A stretch of 63,410 nucleotides of DNA, filler included, from Craspedostauros australis (Eukaryota), in the NCBI GenBank assembly GCA_030167865.1. It is 4 parts of 4 records of this genome, joined end to end, with 100 filler letters (N's around TTAATTAATTAA, not from the genome) between each part and the next. Parts side by side here need not be neighbours in the genome. Positions count along the whole stretch, not along the records: positions 1 to 31,927 come from JALAGF010004788.1; positions 32,028 to 58,620 come from JALAGF010004789.1; 2 more parts are not named here. One strand, 5' to 3'. Below are positions 22,790 to 32,944 of this stretch, in pieces. The notes under the pieces are model-generated. The model saw nothing but the letters and a program-made list of their open reading frames with translations, was not told the origin of the DNA and made no database searches. Each line of letters begins with the position of its first letter. Position 1 is the first letter of the stretch. The translations under genes and the position numbers were made by a program.

Positions 22790-23935
22790 ATGAACCCAAT
22801 GGGTCGAACAAGTCCACCCAGCGACAACAACAGTGCTGACGGACTGCGGTTAGACCAAACATGGCGGCTTCGTTGTTGTGGTTGTGATCACACGAATGCA
22901 CCACAAAGAGGACATGGTGAGGGTGATGGTGGTGGGAAGAGAACACCATTTGGGCGCTCTGCTTGCACCCACACCATGCTTTGGCATCAAGGAGGGTCAG
23001 AGGCTTCAAGTCATCAAGGACATGCACACAAAGCAAGAGAGACAGCTCCCCTGTGTGGATCTTCAACCCTCATCAGCAACAAGAGGATCACCAATTGGAA
23101 ATGAAGCCAACATAGTTTCATGGATGCTGTGCAAGATAGTTGCCACCTCCACGAGTGCCATTGTTGGCATTGGTGTTGATCACGATGCTGTTGCTATTGA
23201 TGCTGCTCCGAAGGATGATCAATTCCTCAACAGTGCAACGACATTGGATCACATGGTCAGCATCATTGTGCGAGCCTCCCAGGCATCGCAACCACATCTC
23301 CTTTGGATTGATCTGACTGCGGATATCTCCATGCAATCAACAAAGCAAGAGCAAGCCTATCTCCGATAGAGCACCAAGAGCCTCCACAACTTGTCAAAGC
23401 CTTGCAGCGGACCAACTGCGAATCATCAACCAGATGAGCCTCATGGACCGTGGTATCAAGATGACCGCCAAGCAGGCCACTGAGCCACTCAAGATAGACT
23501 TCGTCCACAACCATTCCATCCAGCAGGTTGATGAGATCAAAGGCTCCCTCCATGATGTCAGCATCTGCATCTTCTCCAACTCAACCACATCAGTCTTCTT
23601 TTGCATTGTATGCATGGACAGCTGGTGCAAGGAGGAACAGAAAACGAACTGGACATGGACATGGATGCACACAAACGCACGTTCACATACACAAGCACAC
23701 ATAGCATGCATGCATCAAAAGAGTACATGAATATCTGTGACATACAGGCACAACACAGACCTTTTGCCTCCAAGACAACTGACCTGAATGCCAAATGGGA
23801 GAAGGACCGGAAGGAGACCAACTTCGAGGCAGCCATTGAGGAGCCAGCTCAAGAAGGGAGCTGAGAAGTGCCTCGAGGACAGCATCTCTGAACCCATGGC
23901 CAATGTTGAGAAGACTGGTGCCACCAAGGACTGAG
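22790..23935 (+). pseudogene. Possible degenerate coding remnant, family not recognised
   Basis: Series of short + strand ORFs with coding-like periodicity, interrupted by frameshifts, in strongly CpG-depleted sequence. Confidence 0.3.
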
Positions 23936-24096
23936 CAGCACACCAACTACTGACACAAAACCATTGAATATGATACTGTATGGTGCATACTGGTATGACT
24001 CCATTGTGCCATTGGCGCTGATGGCCATAATGCACATGCATCATACGCATACAGCATCCACATACATATTACTACAGCTACAAATCAAACACACAA

Positions 24097-24160
24097 CAAC
24101 CAACTAACCAACCAACCAACCAACCAACCAACCAACCAACCAACCACCACCACCACCAAC
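24097..24160. repeat. (AACC)n microsatellite
   Basis: Read directly from the sequence. Confidence 0.9.
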
Positions 24161-24688
24161 AGAAACATACATGCATTGATGCCCGCATGGCACAACAGCT
24201 AGTACGGACAGCAAAAAAGACAAAAGAGATCTCTCCTTTCACTCACTGCCAGCATTGAGCCAGCAGCTTGGTGCAAGTAGGGCCAAACTCTGAGACCCCA
24301 TTTTAACTCACAATGCACCAATGGACATAGAATAAACCCCATACATTCGCACACATCATCATTTTCCCATCCCCCAATGCAAGCTCTCTCTGCATGTACA
24401 CAGATACATAGTACTCATGTGGGTGTGCCCATGCTCCACTGAGCACGGGTATAGCACACATGCATGATAGTCTTCGTCACAAAAACAAGCAGAACAGCAC
24501 TCCCACAGTAGCTTTGTTTGGTACTGCCATGTTGCCTGCAGCATATGGATATGCATTGTCATAGAGTAGTAGTCTGTGTAGTGCTGCTGACTCGTGGCAT
24601 TGTTGTGCATGGTCCAGATAGATCCTGCCCAAGTCCGAACACACGCCGCAATCCCATGCCTCATGTACCATACCTCATGCGCCATGCC

Positions 24689-27050
24689 TCATGCATACTC
24701 GTACACGTGCGAGCGATAGGACATCACTTCCTTGGCTCTCGACGTGCTTCCGAAGTTCTTGTCCGAGTACAGACGCTTCACATGATTGGCCCAATGCCGC
24801 AGACCTGAGGCATGCGTCTTCGTCTTCGTCTCGTGCCCCAGCTGGTCCAACACATCTGCTCGCAGTAACTCGGCCTGCTCCTGCTCCACTGCCAACTTGA
24901 TGGTGTTCTGCTTCATCTGCGCCATCAGTTCGCGATCGTTGCCATCGTATGGAGCGGCCACGGCCGATAGTTCCTCGTTCTGGGGATCACAGTTGTTCAA
25001 ATTCGGTAGCCAGCGTGTGGGTACCACACAGACTACTGTCCTTCTTGCCGATCTCCTCTTCGAATTCTCTCAATTGCTGCTCCATGCTCGCCATCTGCGA
25101 TTGTAGCAGAGCTCCGTCTACTCGTCTCTGTCGGAGACAGCATTGTGTGTGAAAGGGAACTCGTGACGCATGCTGCACTCTCTCATGCTGGATTCTGACT
25201 CGGTGATCGCCTGTTGATGCTTCAGATCGTGAATCTCGCTCTCCACCGCCCGCTCTTGGAGTCAACGTTCATCTGAAGATCGAACAGCGAGGAATCAGTT
25301 TCGGACAGGTTGAGCTTCGTCGCTTCTAGGTCATTCCTTGATGATTCGCAGAGGATGTCGAGCTCGAGGATCCATCACAGCAGGAGCAGTCGTGTCATTG
25401 ATGAAACGCGTGGCGCAGTGCATTGGTCGTCTCCACATCACTTTGCGATCCTTGCATGACGTTGCTGAGATAGGCCCACAGATTCAGGATGACTGCATCC
25501 TTCTGCTCCACTGCATCCTTCTGCTCCACTGCAGCCTGCTGGTCCACCAAGCTTTGTTCCAGAAATCCAACGCGGTTCTGCAAGTCGCTAGTCAGATCCA
25601 TCTGCGCGTTCTGGTTCTGGTTCTGATTCTGGAGTTGGACCGGGGCCTGGTCGAGCTGTCGTGACAACGAGGCGTATCGATCGTCAAGAGCCTGGCGTTC
25701 TCCAGCCAGCCTCTGCATCTGCATGTCGGCAAGACCATCTCAGTCTCATTTGAGACCTTGCTCTCCTCGAGGTTGGCAAGGCCACGTTGCAGATCTTCGA
25801 CAGTGTCATCCAATATTGCTTGCGACTGCCCCACAGAATTCATGTGCTCACGCAGCTCGTTGCGCTCTTGGGTGCCTGTTTCAAGCTCTGTCACAGACTG
25901 TAGATCCAAGTTGGTCTGACGAAGAGCCTCCACTTCTTTGTCAGCAATCGTACCGCCGGACTGCGACACAGCCTGAGCATGTCCCAACTCAATGATTGCA
26001 GTGTCCTTCTCTTTGGTTGCATGCTGCAGCTTGCCAATGTAGTGTTCGCCAGAACCCATCTGCTCTCCTTGAGGTTGGCAAGGCCACATCAGCGACCTTC
26101 GACGGTACCATCCAGAATTGCTTGCGACTGTTCCACATGATCCATTTGCTTGCACAGCTCGTTGCGCTCTTGGGTGCCTGTTCAAGTTCTGCATGCAGGC
26201 TGCAAACCTGAGTTGATCTGACAAAGAGCCTCCACTTCTTCGTCAGAACACCCATGCCAGCCCGCGACGCAGCCTGAGCATGTCCCAACTCGATGATCGT
26301 GGCGTCTCTCTCTCTCTTCGGTTGCATGCTGCAGCTTGACAATGTATTGTTTGCTGGAACCCATCTGCTCTCCTTGAGGTTGGCAAGGCCACATTGCAGA
26401 TCTTCAACAGTGTCATCCAGCATTGCGACTGTCCCATATGATTCATTTGCTCGCACAGTTTGTTGCGCTCTTGGGTGTCTGTTCGATTTGGATTTCTGCC
26501 TGCGGATTGCACATCAGAGTTGGTCTGACAAAGAGCCTCCACTTCTTCGTCAGGGCCAGTACCGCCGGACTGCGACACAGCCAGAGCATGTCCCAACTCC
26601 ATGACCGCAGTGGTCCTCTCATCGATTTTATGCTGCAGCTCGACAACGTGCTGTTCACCAGCATATCTTGGCTCTCAGCTTGCAGGGCCTCATTGTCTCT
26701 GTCGGTCTGTTCTTCGGCATGGATGACTCCTTTTGCTTAGATCTGAAACGCTTCAAGGTGTGATCTGGCCTCCTGTAGGGCAGAGGCAGGGTCACTTCCA
26801 TGGCCTGGATTGCATTGCTTGTGCAAGCGCAACAATGGTTGATGCCTTCAACCTCGTTCTCCGGTTGCTCCTTCACCGCAAATGTCGCTTGCCCTGTAGT
26901 AGGAATGGTTGAAATCTTCTTCTTGGCATCGTTGATCGTCGCCTCCTTTGCCTTGAGCAACTCCACAATGCGTTCCTTGTCCTTGGTGGACCGCAAATGA
27001 ATCTCAGCAACCGTCAGGGCATGTTGATGTGCAACAGTTGCCACATGAGA
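24689..27050 (-). pseudogene. Frameshifted long coiled-coil protein gene
   Basis: Heptad-like E/Q/L/K-rich fragments in alternating frames, e.g. KDKERIVELLKAKEATINDAKKK, EVEALRQTNLDLQS, LQNRVGFLEQSLVDQQ and LQSQMASMEQQLREFEEEI. Confidence 0.65.
25759..26655. repeat. Three tandem ~300-bp diverged repeats (coding repeat of the coiled-coil pseudogene)
   Basis: The anchor TGCTCTCCTYGAGGTTGGCAAGGCCAC recurs at ~25759, ~26061 and ~26366. AAGAGCCTCCACTTCTT and GAGCATGTCCCAACTC also recur at the same spacing. Confidence 0.92.
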
Positions 27051-27064
27051 AGCTCCTTGAAGTT

Positions 27065-27690
27065 GACTCGCACATCTTCATTCGATATCTCCAACCCTCC
27101 CACAAGCTGCTCCTCTCCTGTGTTCATGGCTGTGAGGCTTTCACACAGGGACAATCATGTACCAAGGTTGATTGAGCAACCTGGACAAACTGGAGCAATG
27201 ATGCTTGTGGTTGGATTGGATTGGATTGGCCTCTGAAGATGATGGTTGAGTGTTGTGAGCGGCATGTCCAAGTTTGGCATTGCTGGGTTCGCCGGTGTTG
27301 GACTGTGATGGACAGTGATGGATCTGTGCCATGGCTTGTTGCCACCATGGCATCATTCTCGTTGAAGCCAAAGATGAAGCCGTCAAGATCTGCTGCTGTG
27401 GAAGCTTCTCCTTGTCGATTCGCACATCCCCATTCAGTGTCCCCAACCCTTCCACAAGCTGCTCCCCTCCTGTGTTCATGGCTGTGAGGCTTTCACACAG
27501 GGACAATCATGTACCAAGGCTGATCGAGCAACCTGAACAGACTGGAGCAATGGTGCTTGTGGTTGGATTGGATTGGATTGGATTGGCCTCTGAAGATGAT
27601 GGTTGAGTGTTGTGAGCGGCTGGTCCAAGTTCGGCATCGCTGAGTTTGCCAGTGTTGCACAGTGGTGGACCTGTGCCATTGTTTGTTGCG
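27065..27690. repeat. Tandem duplication, ~350-bp period, containing a (GGATT)n run
   Basis: CACAAGCTGCTCCYCTCCTGTGTTCATGGCTGTGAGGCTTTCACACAGGGACAATCATGTACCAAGG... occurs at 27101 and 27453. Confidence 0.92.
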
Positions 27691-30600
27691 ACCCTGCTCT
27701 TGTCCCATTGTTGGTGTTGCTGTTCTTTCGCGCAGCATCCCCGTTTGTGGCCCAGTGTGTATCCCATTGTCAGGATTGCTGATGTTTCATGTGGCGTCCC
27801 CTTGTGCGTCCCCTTGGCATGTTGTTCCCATGTCTGTACCCGTTTCAGCATTGCTGATACTTCATATCGCGACTATTGCTTCTTCCCTTCCAAATGGATG
27901 TCTCTGTGTCCGTACCCATGGGCAGCATTGCTGATGTTTATGTGCTGTTGCATTGTTCAACCTTGCAAATTGCATGATGACCAAGCTTGCCACTGAGTAG
28001 GTGGACACCCTGATGGTGGTAGCAGCGATCACGTCAAGCATCCATCGACGATTGCAGCGAAGCCGCTTGGGATCGTGCCATCATCATCATTGTTGGCCAC
28101 GTTTCGTCATATTGACTGGAGGCATGAGATGTGCTAGCGAGAGTAAATGTGGAGACATCTGCTTGCTTTGCTATCTCGCTGCTCTGCTGTCTCCATTCAG
28201 AACATGGTCAACAACAATGATGTTCTTCCACCATCGAGAGCTTGATGGTGCCCATCACGCTCCGATTCTTGCCATCAAGATCCAAGGTTTGGCCAAAATC
28301 TGTCACTTGCGTGGAGTCGCTGTGGCTGAATTCGTCCATACCATCACTGGATGCGTCCAGCTCTTCCTCTGATGACGAACTGTTGATGGGGTCAACTGAT
28401 GGATTCATGGTGTGCCCTCCTATGTTCTGGACAAGTGTGTGATGGATGAGCAGCAACTTGAGAAGCGCCATTGTGACTGATCATCATCATCATCATCATC
28501 ATCATTGTTGACGGCAACGTCCCCAAAGTTTTCACTGCCATCGCCACCCAAGCCATCCTGCATGTCTCCATTGTCGAAGTCATTGCCACTGATGTTGATG
28601 TTGATGTTGGCATTGCTGGAGAATTCGATGGGCCGAAGAAACTCATCTTGCTTCGCACGATCCGACCTGAATAGAGTATGATGCAGTGAGTGTGCCTCGT
28701 TTGGGTGCTTTCCGATTGAGCATGCTGAAAGTGAGGAATGGTCAGCTGACGCTGTGCCATAGGACCAAATGGAGAATTATGGCAGGAACGCAGGGTGGAG
28801 CACATGTTCCCAATTGAATTCAATCTCTCTTCGCTTTATCAACTCATCATCGTGGACTGCTCAGTATCGCGGAGTGTGGTGCTGTCTTCTGTGGAGTTCT
28901 CTCAGAGTCTCCAAGTTGGTGAGCGTGGACGAAGGGATCGTGCCGACCTTCATCCACCCCAACCACACGATCTTCGTGATTTTTGGCGCAAGATCGTGTT
29001 TTTGTGTCGTGGATGCCAGTTCGCATCAGATATCTCGATCGGCGAAATGGCCCGAACAGTGGACTGAGAGCCATTTGCATTCTCGTTTCCGCCCAATCCA
29101 ACTCCGCCGAATGAGCGTTTTGGACAACACACAACAAGATGAGAAGAGAACGCACAGCTCGATCGAGGCCAACAATCCAGCATTCCACCATCCGAAGCTA
29201 GAATGCATCCGGAGCACCATACTCCACTCTACTTCACATGTACTCAGCGTCAATCATCATGGGTATCATCAGCATCGCAAAAGAATTCATGCTCTCGTTT
29301 ACGAAGCGCTTTACTCTGATCTACATAAATTCACGATTGTTATGTCTGACTTCATGACCACCACCATCTCATCTTGTTTGATCATGTTTGTTCTGCTGCT
29401 GCTTGTTGCTTGTTCGTGATGGCAAGTCTGGCGCGAAGAGGAGCGTTGGTTTGACGGCGCCGATGACGATAGCTTGCAGCACGGAGGCGGCGCACCAATG
29501 GGATCTGTTCGTCGAAGGCTCACCTTCGCTGCTGCCATCCTGCCATGCAATGCTCGGCTTCTTGACTGGAGCGCACAAACTAAGAGCAAGAGGAGCTGTC
29601 ACCGTTGCACATGCCACTGCTGCTGGAGGTACTTGGCGTGCGTCCGAAGTTTCGATTCGACATCGCACGCTGATGCAACGGTAGAGGTGATCTCGGTGCG
29701 TCCAAGGGCGCAAAATCGTTCCTGGAGGCCGAACGCGATCTACCAGATGTCGAACGCGAGGTAAATCTGGAACGATGCGATCGATGTCTAGCGGCATTGA
29801 TCTTGCAGCGACAGACGCGGCTGGATGAGTCGAGTTCTGTGACGATTGTGACGGCGAAAGCTGATCGCTTTCATTCCACTTGTTTGGTAGATCGATGTGG
29901 GCTCGCTGGCCGCTTGTAGACGAGCTGCTCATGATGCTGATGTTCAAGGAGGTTGGAGATTTCTGGTTGTCCGACACATTTTGCATTCACAGCTTACATG
30001 GTAGTATCATACGTAGTTGTAGTTATCTCACTCATCCCTCAAGGGGATCGTTTCAAGCATGTCCAGCGATGACTGTTTGAACAAATAATCGTCATTGCAG
30101 GCTAATTCGTTCACATTGGCGGCATTGTTGCAGTGAGCTATTGTAGTTGTAAACAACGGCGTGCACCGTTTGAAGCTGCTCGAGGGTGACTCCATGACTC
30201 CCATGAGGATAATGAAGGCGGAGTCGACCAAGGAAGAGAGGGGGTGCCTCCAGAGGCTGTGGTGCCATCGGGACCGACGAGGGTGATCATTCCGTGAAGC
30301 ACCAGAGTCCACCGAGCTGATGCTTGTTGCTCTCTTGCATCGTTCTTGGCCGATCATGCTGCTGCTGTTGGTGCTGATCTTGTTTGTTCTGTGGGTGCTG
30401 TGCATGATATTCATTGATTTGCTGAGTTGCTTGCGTCTGAGTTGTTGGTGATGCTGACGCGGATGCTGATTTGTGAGATGGGGACTGGCGGCAACGAAGA
30501 GACTTGAGGATCTCACATGATGAGGACGCCACAAGATGGATGGGATTCATTGCCAATGCTGAGAGTAGCATCCATATACATGTGAACACCCTGGCGCAAT

Positions 30601-31927
30601 CGTTTGGATGTTGCGCAGGCGTTCGCCACAAGAAATCGATGTTGTTTGGCATCTTCAGGGACGTCACAGGTTCTCAACTACAAAAGTGTCTTCTGTTGTG
30701 GAGGGACCATTTTGTGTTGTGGTTGCAAGCATCCGTGGATGTTGGTGCTCTCGTCTATCGATGGCTCATGGGACAACCACCATGGCAATATGAGTGATCG
30801 AATGCTGGAGTATCGGCATATGGAAACGGGGATCATCCTGTCCCTCCATCATCAGGAGCGCCGATGACTTGCTGGTCAAACTTGTTGGGAACACGATCGT
30901 TCAATCCACCGCCTTCATGCATACTCGTAGTAGTACAACGCATCGCGCATATTCCATGTGCGGTTCTCAGGCAACCATGTTGCCGATTGGACTCCTTGGG
31001 GGATATGCGTACATCATGGCGTGCGATGGTTGCAATTGAGATTGTGATCATCTTGATGCTCCCTCCATCGCATCATCGCTGTTGGCGTCATCATCACTTT
31101 CGTGGTCGTTTCGGGTTGATGATCAGAGATCTCATTTGAACGCCTTTCTGACGTGTCCTTCTCATGAAAGAAGCTAATAAAGTACTTCATTGACACACAG
31201 AATTCGTGGAATTGGGAACATCTCAGCACGCGCAAAAGTGAAGCGAGAATCGACGATTCCCATTTGTGGTGTTCTCGTGTTCGCAACAGCGATCTTGTGG
31301 GGTGTGTCGTGTTCTGTTCCTTCTTCTCGTTGTTGTGTGCGCCAGTTCGCAGTCAGCAAAAGGAAGGATCTGCACTCTCCGGACAGCGCTGGTGCCCTCT
31401 CCCAAACCAGGGCGCGATCAAGAAGTGGACAAACAGAGAAACGAGGAGAGAAACGGGAGAACATTGAAACGAGGCAATCGCACACACCGCTCAACCCCAC
31501 AATCGAGCACATCAACAACAGACATGTCCTGGGGGGGCAGTGGAAAATCGTAAAAGGATCTCTATCCAAAACCGATTCGTAATTACTAGCAGAATTATTC
31601 GTCTTTGTTCATCTTTACACTCTAATTCATCGTGATTTTGTCATTTTTCTGTTTCGGGATTGCTTTCTACAGCTTTTGTTTTGCTTTGTGTCTGACAGTC
31701 GCTGTCTGCGCCTTCCGTGTGGTTCTGGCCCTCGCAGGTTNGCAGACTCTGTCGTTGTCTTCGCCATTCTTCCAGAAGACTTTTGTGCCGTCCGTCAGGC
31801 TGCGCTGGTTTGTGGTGGCGTTCATTTTTTGTCCATCTTTCCAGTCGGTTGGCTGGGTCTACGCCTTCAGGCAGACAAAATCAATGCCGTCGACTTGCAA
31901 TCGGTCGCCGCATTTCGGGTTTGATGA

Positions 31928-32027
31928 NNNNNNNNNNNNNNNNNNNNNNNNNNNNNNNNNNNNNNNNNNNNTTAATTAATTAANNNNNNNNNNNNNNNNN
32001 NNNNNNNNNNNNNNNNNNNNNNNNNNN
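31928..32027. other. Artificial contig join (N-padded TTAATTAATTAA linker)
   Basis: TTAATTAATTAA at 31972-31983 is centred in Ns and gives stops in all six frames. The block is 100 nt long. Confidence 0.95.
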
Positions 32028-32944
32028 TCCACTGGGGTGATGATGCCAACGCCACTCTCCATCATCGCCGTGCTCTTTGAGTGGGGCATGGACTGGGCCA
32101 CCACTCGTGCAGGAGCGGTTATTCCTCCTCCATGCACTATATTGAGCCAACCGAAACAAAGATGAGCGTTGGAAGAGCAGCTGAAGCACTTGGAGCAGTT
32201 GTGCACGGTGGCTGCTTTGTGTCAACCACGTTGAGTGTGTCGTGAAATTGTGTCGTCTGCCCGTGAGTACGTTTCATTCACGAATGTTTGGCCCAAAATC
32301 GAGGTCGAGAGGGTCTCGGATGTGTGAACCAACCAGAAATGTACCGAATCAGTCTCATTGACGAAAACTCGCAACACGAGGAACGACGCGAAAAACGCAC
32401 TCACAAAGGCCCTATTAGAGATAGCTTGGCCATTTTCATCACCTCATAACTTTATAACCAAGGCCCGGACTCACTGTCTAGCACCTTTCCCTTATTACCA
32501 ATGTGTTAAATTATACATGGTTGAATTGTCGTCTCTATAGGAGCCCATTTTTTCAAAATCCTGCCGTGGTCGTACGGTCATTGGCTGACGTGGGTCTTAA
32601 GCATCCATATCTTTTCAACTACCCCGATCTGGAATCCCAGACTGACACCATAGTTAGTTTCTCACTTTATTCTATGGGTGGGTGGTTTATACGCTAAAAC
32701 GTGATTTAACGTCTTTAACGGCTCTCGATGGCCACTTATGGGTTTATCTGCATCAGGGTCATGTATCTACAGAAAGTACACTTTAAGACCTCATAAAGGT
32801 TATAGCAGGATCGCAGATGCGACGCCAACTTGGGTGTAACCTTTTCGCTCACCGGGGTCTTATCCCTTCATGAACTAGACGACATGAGATATTGCTTAAC
32901 GTTGTCAGTTTCAGTTAATAGCTGATGACCAAACTCACTCGCGA

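Noticed and set aside
23434..23730. Faint resemblance of 'VDEIKG..ICIFSN' to viral SF3 helicase motifs (endogenous ssDNA virus)
   Set aside because: No Walker A or HUH endonuclease motifs could be found nearby, so the resemblance is too weak to support.
25759..27690. Periodic repeats as a possible CRISPR-like array
   Set aside because: Units are 300-350 bp and homologous along their whole length, with no unique spacers and no cas genes, in a eukaryotic context.
28769..31570. Medium ORFs (e.g. 28769-29419, 29369-29986) as genes
   Set aside because: No recognisable motifs, atypical codon usage, and they lie in the decayed region.
31972..31983. Palindromic TTAATTAATTAA recurring three times (also 58665 and 61712)
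   Set aside because: Always centred in a 100-nt N block and gives stops in all six frames, so it is an assembly concatenation linker, not biology.
22689..32466. Inverted 60-bp copies as TIRs of one ~9.8-kb transposon
   Set aside because: The copies lie on different contigs separated by an artificial join, so their relative position and orientation are not trustworthy. Kept only as a dispersed repeat.
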